A DNA stretch of 64,000 nucleotides from an uncultured Phycisphaerales bacterium (GTDB lineage Bacteria > Planctomycetota > Phycisphaerae > Tepidisphaerales > Tepidisphaeraceae), in assembly GCA_963758525.1 (NCBI GenBank), contig CAVWVQ010000003.1, positions 1,408,001-1,472,000 of the forward strand, in the 5' to 3' direction. This document shows, piece by piece, positions 1 to 10,330 of this stretch. The stretch's first letter is position 1, and every line of letters starts with the position of its first letter. A model generated the notes under the pieces. The model made no database searches, was not told the origin of the DNA, and saw only the letters and a list, made by a program, of their open reading frames with translations. The position numbers and the translations under genes were made by a program.

Positions 1-2
1 CG

Positions 3-929
3 TGGCGCGGCACCTTCTACCCGAAAGATCTCTCCCAAAAGCGCGAACTGGAGTTCGCCAGCCGGCATCTTAGTTCGATCGAAATCAACGGCACCTTCTA
101 TTCCCTTCAAAGCCCCGCAAGCTTCCGCCGCTGGCGCAACGAAACGCCGGAGGACTTTGTCTTCTCGGTGAAGGGCGGCCGCTATCTCACGCACATGCTC
201 CGCCTGCGCAACCTCAAAGTGCCGCTGGCGAATTTCTTCGCTTCCGGCGTGCTGCTTCTGGAAGAAAAGCTCGGTCCGATCCTCTGGCAATTTCCGCCTA
301 ATTTTTCCCTGGCGCTGGACCGCTTTGAAGAATTCTTCGCGCTGCTTCCTGCCGACACGAAATCCGCGGCGGCGCTCGCGGCAAAGCATCACGAAAAGCT
401 GCGGCTTGGCACATGGACGAAAACCGCCGTAAACCGGCCTCTGCGCTACGCCGTCGAGATTCGTCACGAGAGCTGCGCGGATCCCGCGTTCATCGCGCTG
501 CTGCGTAAGCACAATGTCGCGATGGTGGTCGCCGACACCGCGGGGAAATGGCCGCTGATCGAGGACCTCACCGCGGATTTTTCATACCTCCGCCTGCATG
601 GCGACGAGGAACTGTACGCGAGCGGCTACTCCGACGGCGCGTTGGATCATTGGGCCGCGAGAATCCAGGCGTGGCGCAGCGGATCGCAGTTGAAGGACGC
701 TCGACTTGTTGCTGCGGCTCCTCGCAAAACTCCCGCGGCGCACGACGTGTTTGTGTATTTCGACAACGACGTGAAAGTCCGTGCGCCCCACGATGCGATG
801 AGTTTGGCCCGCAAACTCAAGCTGCCGGAGCGTCAGCCGTTCGCGACCAAGTGTCCCGTCGCCAGTTCGGACGAAACACCGCGCCGCGCTTGGCCGAGCG
901 TTCAAAAGTCTCGCGTCGCGAAGAAATGA
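3..929 (+). CDS. DUF72 (YecE-like) protein, 5' end outside window
   Basis: Frame open from base 3: WRGTFYP..SIEINGTFYSL, then LWQFPP, YAVEIRH, YLRLHG, VYFDND motifs typical of DUF72. Confidence 0.9.
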   Translation, partial: WRGTFYPKDLSQKRELEFASRHLSSIEINGTFYSLQSPASFRRWRNETPEDFVFSVKGGRYLTHMLRLRNLKVPLANFFASGVLLLEEKLGPILWQFPPNFSLALDRFEEFFALLPADTKSAAALAAKHHEKLRLGTWTKTAVNRPLRYAVEIRHESCADPAFIALLRKHNVAMVVADTAGKWPLIEDLTADFSYLRLHGDEELYASGYSDGALDHWAARIQAWRSGSQLKDARLVAAAPRKTPAAHDVFVYFDNDVKVRAPHDAMSLARKLKLPERQPFATKCPVASSDETPRRAWPSVQKSRVAKK

Positions 930-1206
930 CCGGGCGGTCAATCAATCGCATCGGGCCCCCGACGCGGCTCGATGGATAGCACTGCACTAGGGAATGGAGT
1001 GCCGCTCGCAGCTTCGCCATGTACGACCTCAAGCTGCGCCCCTTCAGTCAGGGTCTTGGAGATTCACGGAATGGAACGTCGTTCGTCCGATCATCGAGAT
1101 GTTACGAGGCGAAGGCGCAAGCGGCGAACACAACCGCGCGTACGGAGCTCGTGCCTTTTCATTTTCGTACTGCGCACCACCCTCCTTCGATTATCATCGG
1201 CGAACG

Positions 1207-2010
1207 ATGCCCCCACAACGATCGTCTTTTCGCATGCTTGCCGCCCTGTTTATTGCAAGCATCACCGCGTCGTGTGCCGCCCCTCCAGCTGCGCCTCCGT
1301 TGGACCCGGATCATCAGCTCCCTGGCTACGTGCTGGTCTGGAAAGATGAATTCAACAGTCCGCATCTCGACCCTGACGTCTGGGCCTACCGAACGGACAG
1401 CAAGCTGTGGAGCACGCAGGAGCCGGAAAACGTCAGCATCGAGAACGGCCATCTGCAGATCGCCGTTCGCAGGGAAGACGCCGCCGGCAAACACTACACC
1501 GGCGGCGGAATCATCAGCCGGCGGACCTTCCGCTACGGCTACTATGAAGCCAGACTCAAATGTCCCGCCGGCCGCGGCTGGCATACTTCGTTCTGGACCA
1601 TGCTCCAGGACGGCACCGGCGGCACCGCTCCCGACCATGCCGCCCAGGAGATCGACATCTGCGAGCAGGACTCGGTCGATCATTTCGGCTACTCCGCCGG
1701 CGTCATCGACTGGTCCGCCAAATCCAACAATCGCGACCGCGGCCGGGAGTATCACTCCGCTCCGGACCTCTCCGCCGACTTCCACACCTTCGGCTGCGAA
1801 TTCACGCCCACGGTGGTGCGCTTCTTCTTCGACGGCAAGCTGCTCAACAGCGTCGATGCGACGAAGTTCCCCCACAACGATCAGAACATCTGGCTCACCT
1901 GCATCGCCGCCCCCAACGGCGGCACCAAAGACGTTGACGACACCGCGCTTCCCGCCAACGCTCAATTTGATTGGGTGCGGTTCTTCCAAATACCGCCAGT
2001 GGTGAAGTGA
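1207..2010 (+). CDS. Secreted glycoside hydrolase family 16 protein
   Basis: Signal-like N-terminus, LVWKDEF, YGYYEAR, catalytic-type EIDICE, FHTFGCEF, FDWVRFFQ. Start could be 1207 or 1234. Confidence 0.88.
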   Translation: MPPQRSSFRMLAALFIASITASCAAPPAAPPLDPDHQLPGYVLVWKDEFNSPHLDPDVWAYRTDSKLWSTQEPENVSIENGHLQIAVRREDAAGKHYTGGGIISRRTFRYGYYEARLKCPAGRGWHTSFWTMLQDGTGGTAPDHAAQEIDICEQDSVDHFGYSAGVIDWSAKSNNRDRGREYHSAPDLSADFHTFGCEFTPTVVRFFFDGKLLNSVDATKFPHNDQNIWLTCIAAPNGGTKDVDDTALPANAQFDWVRFFQIPPVVK

Positions 2011-2278
2011 GGGGGCAACGGGTTCAGGCGTTCAGGCGTGCTTTTCCCGACGAACGTCGCTTGGGATGCGATGGAACACAATTGAACACAATTGGATTCG
2101 ATCAGCTTCGATTGGAACAGTTCACGCGCGCGACCCCTCGAGTTCAAGGTCATTGGTCATTGTCCCCTGAGATACCAGACAGCACCCCGGGCGTGGCCGC
2201 CGGTCTCAATCCGTCCGGATTTCTTTAGCCAGTTGACGAAAGGATAGTAGTCGCCCGGCGCTTGCCCCGCCGCTTCGC

Positions 2279-2830
2279 TCACAATCCCCCCATCCACCGG
2301 ATCACCGGGATCAAACCCATGCATCCGGCGATGACGACTGCCATCGCGACGGGTCCCGAGAACGGGAGGTTGGTGACGATGATCCCGCCGATGGCGCTGA
2401 TGAGAAACTGGAAACAACCCAGCAGTGCCGAAGCGTTGCCGGCGTCGGCGCCGTGCGGGGACATGGCCAGTACCGTCGTGTTGGGAAAGATGAATCCGAA
2501 GGTTCCGAGAAATACCAGGAGACACGCGAACGCGCTCCACAGGCCGCCCCAGCCGGTGAGGATCACGAGCAGAAACGCCGCGGCCGCGATGATGGAAACA
2601 GTCAACGCCCGGCGGAGCAGCGTGCGCGGATCGACGCGGTGGGAAAGATAGCCATTCAGTTGCGACATCATGATCAGGCCGAACGCGTTGGCGCCGAAGA
2701 AGAGGCCGAACCGCTGTGGCGGAATGTGATACGTCTGAATGAACAAGCCCGGCGAGCCGCCGACGTAGGCGAACAGCGCCGCGCACGCGAGGCTGACGGT
2801 CAGGGTGTGGACGATGAAGATGCGAGGATG
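2279..2830 (-). pseudogene. C-terminal half of a Bcr/CflA-family MFS transporter
   Basis: HPRIFIVHTL..LFAYVGGSPGLFIQTYHIPPQRFGLFFGANA..AGNASALLGCFQF; in-frame TAG just upstream of ~2830 and no N-terminal half. Confidence 0.8.
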
Positions 2831-3186
2831 CTAGGCGCGCCAGCGGCGAAACCTGATGGACTACAACCCGCCTGGCGCGATTCGCGGGTGCCACTCAACC
2901 ATTGATGCGAACCCAAGTTACGCTTGTTGAAATATCGGGCAATAGCGAACGTCAGACGCATGATAAATCGACCGTTGAGCGAAAGTGGCACGCTGATTAA
3001 AATGTCGTTCGACAGTTGGGCGGCCGTTGGGTGACAGCCGTGCATCACACTTCTGCAATGTTCGTGAACATGGTTTGCCAGCCACGCGCTGCCGCAAGGC
3101 CCTCTGGCGCTTCGCGCCCAAGCGAACGATGCGCAACCGGGCGATGGAAACGAAAAAGCAACAACAACTCTTGAGGGAGACGAACC

Positions 3187-5160
3187 ATGCGAAAATCTCG
3201 TGGAAACACTCAGCGTATTGTCAGGCGACCAGGAGCCCATCCGGCCGTGCTGCAGGCAAGATGCGAGGTTGTGCGATCGGCATGCGAGGAATTGGAATCG
3301 CGCCTGCTTTTCAGCGCCACTCCGCTGGTCGCGACCAACGACAACTACAGCACCGGTGAATTCACGGCACTGGTCGTCAAGGCGCCTGGCGTGCTCGGCA
3401 ATGACTCGGGCCCGGCGGGCGAGACGCTCACCGCCAGCCTGCTCACGGCGCCAACCCATGGCTCGGTCACCTTCGACAGCAACGGCGACGGAGGCTTCGA
3501 TTACGTTCCCAACGCCAATTACATTGGCCCCGATCCCTTCAGCTATAAAGTGGCCGACTCTGATGGCCTGGTGGCGACCGCCACGGTCAACATGGCCGTG
3601 ACCACCGGAACACCGTCCAGCGGCTCGCTCAGCGGGACCACCGCCACGGCGGCCGCCTCGTACAACCTCACCGCCCTGGGCACCAGCGACTGGGTCCACT
3701 GGGGCCGCGGAAACGTCTACGGCAACTTCGACCACAAGGCCACTGGCGGCTCGCAGATCAGCAATGTGAGCATCGTCGGCACGGGAGCGAACTATGGATC
3801 GTATTATGATCCGTCCCGCACCGTCACGTGGTCCGACGGCACCCCCACCGCCTCTGATACCGATCATGCCTACATCTGGAGCAACGGCGCTTTGAACAGC
3901 GGGTTCTCCTTCACCGTTCCCGCGGACACCACCACCCGCACGCTCACGGTTTATGCAGGCGGTAATAACACTCAGAGTTCATTAACTGCGCATTTGTCCG
4001 GAGGCTCCGTACCCGACTATGTCGCGACCGCCGGCAGCGCGGGTCTCTACACCAATGTCTATACGATCACCTACAGCGCCGCCTCGGCCGGCCAGACGCT
4101 GACCATCACCCTGCTCAAGACCGGCAACCTCGGAGGAAAAACGAATGGCAGCGCGGACCTCATTGCCGCCTATCTCAGCGGGTCCGCCGCCCCCGCGACA
4201 GGGTTCCTCACGGCGAACAGCATCGTGATCAATCCCCCCAGCGTGACGCAGGCGGGAACGCACGAAGTCGACGTCACCGTGACCTACAACGATCCCGCGT
4301 CGCCCATCGTGAGCTCCAGCATCAACGCCAGCAATATTGATATCTATTCGCCGCCGCCGTCCGGGGGTTTGTCAGTTGGAACCGTTGCCACGCAGATCAG
4401 CAACGGCGGCCATACGATCACGGCGACTTACCCCATCGACTCCAACGAGGCCGGCGGATTCAACGCCGGCGATGACACCACCGTGAAATTCTTCCTCACC
4501 GGCGTGACCGACCAACTCGGTCAGACAGTCGGCGGCGGCACGCCGTTCAACTCGCCCGCCGGGCAGTTCACCATACTCATCAATCCCAATACGAGTTCTG
4601 CCTCGCTCTCCGGATCACAGGCGCCCGCGGCGTCGAGTTACAACCTCACCGCCCTGGGCACCAGCGACTGGGTCCACTGGGGCCGCGGAAACGTCTACGG
4701 CCACTTCGACCACAAGGCCACTGGCGGGTCGCAGATCAGCAATGTGAGCATTGTCGGCACGGGAGCGAACTATGGATCGTATTATGATCCGTCCCGCACC
4801 GTCACGTGGTCCGACGGCACCCCCACCGCCTCTGATACCGATCATGCCTACATCTGGAGCAACGGCGCTTTGAACAGCGGGTTCTCCTTCACCGTTCCCG
4901 CGGACACCACCACCCGCACGCTCACGGTTTACGCAGGCGGTAATAACACTCAGAGCTCACTAACCGCGCATTTGTCCGGAGGCTCCGTACCCGACTATGT
5001 CGCGACCGCCGGCAGCGCGGGTCTCTACACCAATGTCTATACGATCACCTACAGCGCCGCCTCGGCCGGCCAGACGCTGACCATCACCCTGCTCAAGACC
5101 GGCAACCTCGGAGGAAAAACGAATGGCAGCGCGGACCTCATCGCCGCGTACCTGACATGA
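3187..5160 (+). CDS. Secreted protein with LEPR-xLL-like motif, Ig/cadherin-like domain and a duplicated ~170-aa module
   Basis: CEELESRLLFS motif; APGVLGND..PTHGSVT..GGFDYVP..FSYKVAD Ig-like repeat; two near-identical DWVHWG modules. Confidence 0.8.
   Translation: MRKSRGNTQRIVRRPGAHPAVLQARCEVVRSACEELESRLLFSATPLVATNDNYSTGEFTALVVKAPGVLGNDSGPAGETLTASLLTAPTHGSVTFDSNGDGGFDYVPNANYIGPDPFSYKVADSDGLVATATVNMAVTTGTPSSGSLSGTTATAAASYNLTALGTSDWVHWGRGNVYGNFDHKATGGSQISNVSIVGTGANYGSYYDPSRTVTWSDGTPTASDTDHAYIWSNGALNSGFSFTVPADTTTRTLTVYAGGNNTQSSLTAHLSGGSVPDYVATAGSAGLYTNVYTITYSAASAGQTLTITLLKTGNLGGKTNGSADLIAAYLSGSAAPATGFLTANSIVINPPSVTQAGTHEVDVTVTYNDPASPIVSSSINASNIDIYSPPPSGGLSVGTVATQISNGGHTITATYPIDSNEAGGFNAGDDTTVKFFLTGVTDQLGQTVGGGTPFNSPAGQFTILINPNTSSASLSGSQAPAASSYNLTALGTSDWVHWGRGNVYGHFDHKATGGSQISNVSIVGTGANYGSYYDPSRTVTWSDGTPTASDTDHAYIWSNGALNSGFSFTVPADTTTRTLTVYAGGNNTQSSLTAHLSGGSVPDYVATAGSAGLYTNVYTITYSAASAGQTLTITLLKTGNLGGKTNGSADLIAAYLT
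3661..4163 (+). repeat. Internal direct repeat copy 1 (~503 nt)
   Basis: Matches 4639-5141 at offset 978 with about 7 mismatches by manual comparison. Confidence 0.95.
4639..5141 (+). repeat. Internal direct repeat copy 2 (~503 nt)
   Basis: Near-identical to 3661-4163. Confidence 0.95.
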
Positions 5161-5383
5161 ACTGTGACGTTGTCGCTGCCCGAACTGAACAGACCGAAGG
5201 CACGCCGGTGGCACGACCCAAACCGCTTGACCCCGAGGGCTCGCGGCCGCGGGCGTTTGATCGTAGCCCAAGTATTCCCGCGCAAATGAATGTCGAAGCC
5301 GAAATCTTTTCGAATGTGTCGGCGCAAATCCACCCGCCATGGCGCGCCCGCCGCCGCCGAACGGACCCTGCGTGCCGACGTCA

Positions 5384-5806
5384 TTAGAGTCCGCAAAGCT
5401 CTGCAGCAGCGTTGGCGTCCTCGGCAGCCTGGATCAACTTCCGGTAGATCAGCTCGACCACCTTGCTCGGCGCCGGCTCCGACCAGAGATGGGCGAGGAA
5501 CAGATGTTCGAGGCGCACGCGGCCGTCTTCAACGGTGATCTTGAATCCGGGGTATTTTTCAGCGAGCTGCCGATAGAGCGAGCTGACCCCTTTGATAAGG
5601 GATCCGACAATTTCGTCATTTTCCTCGCTGAGGTACACGGTGACCAGATCGTCGAGCCGCTGAGCCCGGTAGCGGCCTGGTCGCGCGATGAACTCGATGC
5701 AGTCACCCGCGGGGATGTGTGTCACGGTCGGCTCGAACGCCTGAATCAGACCGAAGCGAGATTCGACTTCCGCGAGAAAATCCTCGGTATTATCGATGAT
5801 TCTCAT
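5384..5806 (-). CDS. Hypothetical protein
   Basis: 140-aa ORF with globular composition; ATG overlaps the upstream stop (ATGA at 5803-5806). Confidence 0.65.
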   Translation of the reverse strand: MRIIDNTEDFLAEVESRFGLIQAFEPTVTHIPAGDCIEFIARPGRYRAQRLDDLVTVYLSEENDEIVGSLIKGVSSLYRQLAEKYPGFKITVEDGRVRLEHLFLAHLWSEPAPSKVVELIYRKLIQAAEDANAAAELCGL

Positions 5807-6005
5807 AAGAGTTGCTCCTTAAACCGTTCGGCATGGCCCTCCGGAAAGGTGGGTTGGGCAGCATCGAAAGCGTACCAGTACCAATTGTAGGCGACCGATT
5901 CATCATTCACGAACACCAGAAACACCCGGTCTGGGCGCGGTGCGACGCTGCGGCCATCGTCCTCGAAACACTGGCTCGGACGTTCGACGTAGCAGAGCCA
6001 GCCGG
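5803..6005 (-). pseudogene. 3' remnant of a hypothetical gene coupled to 5384-5806
   Basis: WLCYVERP..VFLVFVND..YNWYW..ERFKEQLL looks protein-like; beyond ~6005 the ORF is antisense to the catalase remnant. Confidence 0.5.
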
Positions 6006-6658
6006 CCGCACTGGCCGCAAGCGATCTGACCAAACCGGCCGATCCAGCCAATCCAAAGCCGATCGAGAAGTTTCTTGGCTCCCATCCGGCGGCGCTTGCG
6101 TTCGCGCAGACGCCCAAGCCCGCGCCGTCCAGCTTTGCCCGCGAGGCGTACTTCGGTCTGACGGCATTCCACTTCACCAACTCCGACGGCCAGACGCGCT
6201 TCGGGAGGTATCGCATCGTCCCGACGGAGGGAGTCGAACATTTGGATGCCGCGGCCGCCGCCGCAAAGGGGCCTGATTTTTTATTCGACGAGTTGAAGGA
6301 ACGGGTCGCCCGCGGCCCTGTCGCGTTCCGTGTCGTCGTTCAGTTAGCCGATGGCGGCGACATCGTGGACGACGTCACCGTCCAATGGCCGGACACTCGC
6401 CCGCTGCTTGAACTGGGCACGATCGCGCTCACAAAGCCAGTGGCGAACGATGCCGCCGAGCAGAAGCAGATCATCTTCGACCCGATTCCCCGCGTGGATG
6501 GAATCGAGCCGTCGGCCGATCCGCTGCTCGAATTGCGGGCGGCGATTTATCTGATCAGCGGCCGACGGCGACGGACGGCCGTGTGGTCGGATGAGCTTTT
6601 GCTTCCAACTGACTTTTCGCGCGCCGGCATTATCACGACTAATGCCGGTCCTGCTTGA
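6005..6658 (+). pseudogene. C-terminal part of a catalase-related peroxidase (SrpA-like)
   Basis: FLGSHPAALAF..PSSFAREAYFGLTAFHFTN..GRYRIVP..FDPIPRVDGIEPSADPLLELRAAIYLIS; in-frame TAG at 5990 and no N-terminus. Confidence 0.82.
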
Positions 6659-6663
6659 CGCTG

Positions 6664-8280
6664 TCACTCCGCCGCGATGTGCGCGCCTTTTTCTGCCACC
6701 GACCTTCGCATCAGCAACACCAGCAGCGCCAGCACCACCGCCAGCGCCGCAGATGCCCAAAAGACGTCAAAATATGCCAGCGACAGCGCCTGTTGACCGC
6801 GGCTGTTGGCCAGCGCCTGCAGTGTCATTTGCTGCGCGGCAACCGCATCTCCCGTGGCCTGCAGATACAGCGCTTTCCCATTGGCAAAGAACTGATTCAC
6901 AGCGGGATTGAGCGTGTCGAGCGTTTCGTTCAAACGCAGCGTGTGAAACTGCTCGCGGCGCTCGAGGATTGTCTGGGCGACGGAAGTGCCGACGCTGCCG
7001 CCTTCATTTCTCAATAGCGCGAGCAGACCCACCGCGGCGCCGCGGAGTTCCCTGGGGATATACAGGAACGCGGCAACATTGAGCGGCGCGAAGATCATCG
7101 AGAGTCCGACGATAATCACGACGCGCGGCCAGACGATCTGCCAGGGAGTGATCCCCAGATTCTGCACGGACATCCAGTAGTTGCCGACGCCCAGCGTGAT
7201 CAGGCCGGCGGCCATCAGGTAGCGGGCGTCGGTTCCGCGCGTGAGCAGAAAGCCGACGCCAAAGAGCGTGATGACTGCGAAGATGCCGGCCGGGGAGAGA
7301 ACCAGCCCGGAGGTTGTGGCGTCGTAGCCGAACAACGATTGCAGCAGCGCGGGGAGCGTAGTGGTGTTGGCGTACAGCACGCCGAAGGCGCAGAAGATGA
7401 TGATGCAGCAGGCGCGGAAGTTCTGCTCCTTGAGCGTACGAAAGTTGATCAGGGGATTGGCGATCCGCAGCTCGCGATAGATCAGGGCGCCCAGGCAAAA
7501 GACAAACAGTGCCGCCAGCGTCTGGACGCGATAGAACGGGTCGCCGAACCAGTCCCACTCCTGCCCTTTGCTCAGCACCACTTCCCAGGAGACCATCGTG
7601 ACGCTCAGAAGGCACAGGCCGATCGTGTCAAAACGTTGCGGAGTGTTGCGGAGTTTGGCGCGCTGCTCCTTGAGATAATCCGGATCGACAACCACCGCGT
7701 AACACATCGCCAGCGCGAACAGACCGACGGGCACGTTGAGATAGAAGATCCATCGCCACCCGTAGTTGTCGGTGATGTATCCGCCCAGTGTCGGCCCGAC
7801 AACGGGAGCGAGCAGCGCGGCGACGCCAAAGAGCGTCTGAGCCGTTCCCTGTTTTTCCTTCGGAAAAGCATCGAGCAAAACGCCCTGGCTGGAGGGCTGC
7901 AATCCGCCGCCGGCAAGTCCCTGCAACACACGGAACGCAATCAGTGCATTGAGGCTCTGGGCCATTCCGCACAGCGCCGAGGCGAGCGTGAAGATCGCAA
8001 TCGAGAGCAGAAAATAGTTGCGCCGGCCGAGGCGGGCGCCGATCCATCCGGAGATCGGCAGGATGATCGCATTGGCCGCGAGGTAACTGGTAATCACCCA
8101 CTCGCTGTCCGTCGCCGGCGCGGACAATCCGCCGGCAATGTAGCGGAGGGCGACGTTGGCGATGGTGGTGTCGAGCACCTCCATGAAGGTTGGAATCAGC
8201 ACCGCCGCCGCGATCAGATAGACGCTGACCGGGCGGCGCTGAGGGATCGCCGGATTCGGGAGGAGCGCGACGGCGGTCAT
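6664..8280 (-). CDS. emrB: DHA2 family MFS efflux permease
   Basis: FMEVLDTTIANVAL, WVITSYL, RVLQGLAGG, GPTLGGYITDNYGWRWIFYLNVPVG, LRNEGGSVG. Confidence 0.93.
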   Translation of the reverse strand: MTAVALLPNPAIPQRRPVSVYLIAAAVLIPTFMEVLDTTIANVALRYIAGGLSAPATDSEWVITSYLAANAIILPISGWIGARLGRRNYFLLSIAIFTLASALCGMAQSLNALIAFRVLQGLAGGGLQPSSQGVLLDAFPKEKQGTAQTLFGVAALLAPVVGPTLGGYITDNYGWRWIFYLNVPVGLFALAMCYAVVVDPDYLKEQRAKLRNTPQRFDTIGLCLLSVTMVSWEVVLSKGQEWDWFGDPFYRVQTLAALFVFCLGALIYRELRIANPLINFRTLKEQNFRACCIIIFCAFGVLYANTTTLPALLQSLFGYDATTSGLVLSPAGIFAVITLFGVGFLLTRGTDARYLMAAGLITLGVGNYWMSVQNLGITPWQIVWPRVVIIVGLSMIFAPLNVAAFLYIPRELRGAAVGLLALLRNEGGSVGTSVAQTILERREQFHTLRLNETLDTLNPAVNQFFANGKALYLQATGDAVAAQQMTLQALANSRGQQALSLAYFDVFWASAALAVVLALLVLLMRRSVAEKGAHIAAE

Positions 8281-9803
8281 GGCTGTGTTCCGGGAGCTGC
8301 CGCCGGTGAAGTCGCAGGTGCGGGTGCCGACATATCGCCCTGCATCTGGGGCCGGAGCACTTTTCCGGCATCGGGGCCGGATGGCGCTTCGTTGGTGTGC
8401 ACGGTCGCATCGACCGACAAGCCGATGAACAACGGCAATTTGTCCGGATCGTAATCCACCAGATCGACGCGGACGGGCAGGCGTTGCACCACCTTGACGA
8501 AATTGCCAGTCGCATTCTCGGCCGGAAGAAGGGCAAGCGTGGAGCCCGTCCCCATCGTGAAACCGGAGATGCGACCTTCAAAATGGTGGCGGCTTCCGTA
8601 CATATCCACATCGAGATCGACCGGCTGACCGATCCGCAGGCTCGCCAACTGCGTCTCCTTGAAGTTGGCGTCGACCCAAATCTCCGTCAGGGATCGGACA
8701 GCCATCAGGCTCTGCCCGACGATCACGTTGTTGCCCGGATTCACATTGCGCCGCGTCACGACGCCATCAATTTCCGCCACCACGTCACAATAGCGAAGGT
8801 TCAGTTGTGCCGTCGCGAGATCCGCCTGGGCCTTCACAAGCTTTGCTTCGGCCTGTTTGACCAACGGGGCGTCCTTCAGCAATTTCGCGTAGATCACATC
8901 AATGTCGCCCGCGCCGGTTGGGTCCCGCTTGTAAAAGTCCGTCACCATCTGTTTGGGCGACTTCGTGAATGAATCCGAAACCCCGATCTCCGCGGCGGCC
9001 TCGATCAAGCTCGCCTGCGCCTGCCGGACGGAGGAAAACGTCTGATCCAAATCCGCCGGCACCTGCGTGAGGTCGTCGCTGCCGGACGGCTTGGGCGGCA
9101 GGCCCAGGGCCACACGGGCGGAATAGACTCCCTGCAGCGCCTCTTCGTAATTCGCCTGCGCGACCAGCGCCAGTTGCTTGCGATGTTCGTAATCTTCCTG
9201 CGTGATTGAGCCGGTGTTGAGCAGCGGCACAACACGATCAAAGTCAGCCTTGGCTTTGTCGCGCAGCGCCCTCTGCGAATCGAGCGTCGCCACTTTCGAT
9301 CGCAGCAGCGCCACCTGGTTGTCGACATCCTCGATCGACCGTTCGAGGCTGAACCGCAGGCTTCGCATCTTCCCTTCGATGCCGCGCCCCTCGCTGATGG
9401 CAGCGACGAGATCCGCTTGCGCGGATGCCACCGCGGCCTGCGCCACATTCAGCGCCACCTGATAGGGCTCCCGATCGATCTGCACCAGCAGATCCCCCTT
9501 GCGCACCCGATCGTTATCGTCCACCAGCACGCGCGTCACCTGCCCCGCGACGCGCGGAGCGACGAACGTCACGTGTCCGTTTACGTAGGCATCATCCGTC
9601 GAGACGGTGCCGAGCGAACTGATGATCCATATTGCGATCGCGACCAGCGCAATGATCCCCACGCCGATGATGAGAGGCCGTCGCGACTTGTGATGTGCCT
9701 CCGCGTGCGGCACGACTGCCGGCGTCGCGATGCGTTCTGGAGCCGGAACGGCGACTGCTCCCGTGGGACCGGATTCTGACGTTGACGTTTGCGATGTGGA
9801 CAT
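8277..9803 (-). CDS. emrA: HlyD-family efflux periplasmic adaptor
   Basis: STDDAYVNG, WVDANFKETQL, ALLPAENATGNFVKVVQRLPV; overlaps the emrB start. Confidence 0.93.
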   Translation of the reverse strand: MSTSQTSTSESGPTGAVAVPAPERIATPAVVPHAEAHHKSRRPLIIGVGIIALVAIAIWIISSLGTVSTDDAYVNGHVTFVAPRVAGQVTRVLVDDNDRVRKGDLLVQIDREPYQVALNVAQAAVASAQADLVAAISEGRGIEGKMRSLRFSLERSIEDVDNQVALLRSKVATLDSQRALRDKAKADFDRVVPLLNTGSITQEDYEHRKQLALVAQANYEEALQGVYSARVALGLPPKPSGSDDLTQVPADLDQTFSSVRQAQASLIEAAAEIGVSDSFTKSPKQMVTDFYKRDPTGAGDIDVIYAKLLKDAPLVKQAEAKLVKAQADLATAQLNLRYCDVVAEIDGVVTRRNVNPGNNVIVGQSLMAVRSLTEIWVDANFKETQLASLRIGQPVDLDVDMYGSRHHFEGRISGFTMGTGSTLALLPAENATGNFVKVVQRLPVRVDLVDYDPDKLPLFIGLSVDATVHTNEAPSGPDAGKVLRPQMQGDMSAPAPATSPAAAPGTQP

Positions 9804-9913
9804 GGTTTGATCACCTTCCCGTGATCCCGAAGCGGACGCGCCTCGGGGCCAACCTGCAAATGATTTTGGCCGGATTGTAAACTCGGTTTCGAAAAAAATC
9901 GCAATGTAAAGCC

Positions 9914-10299
9914 GTTCGTGTCAATTCGTGTTCTGCATTTCCCGGGACCTTTGGACCGGACGGGATTGCGCACGGCCATTTGCAGCCGGTTTCCGGTCGA
10001 CATGGGGTTTGTGGCGCAGGCTGGAAGCCCGCACCACAAAGGTCGCGGCTCCGGAATTAACAATTGCTTTAAATGACCTGACGCGAACACGCGTTGTCAA
10101 TTCCCAGGTTCCGCGCATTCCCGGGTTCCGCGCAACTCCATGTGGAGAGGGAACACGAATCAGCACGAATGAAGCACGAATCTCACGAATAAACGCGGCG
10201 AAATCTGCTTCGTGAAGATTCGTGCAAATTCGTGTCGATTCGTGTTCTGCATTTCCCGAAACCTGCGGACCGGACGGGATCACGCTCGGTCATTTAACA
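9914..10299. repeat. Composite intergenic repeat: ~65-nt direct repeats, REP-like palindrome and inverted CACGAAT arrays
   Basis: ATTCGTGTTCTGCATTTCCCG..GGACCGGACGGGAT at ~9921-9984 and ~10235-10299; palindrome 10008-10040; 4x CACGAAT at 10152-10190 facing 4x TTCGTG at 10209-10247. Confidence 0.85.
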
Positions 10300-10330
10300 A
10301 ACGCTTCCGCCAAGAAGCTGCGCTGCTGCG

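Noticed and set aside
3661..5141. Diversity-generating retroelement TR/VR pair
   Set aside because: No reverse transcriptase; mismatches are mostly synonymous C/T rather than adenine-specific.
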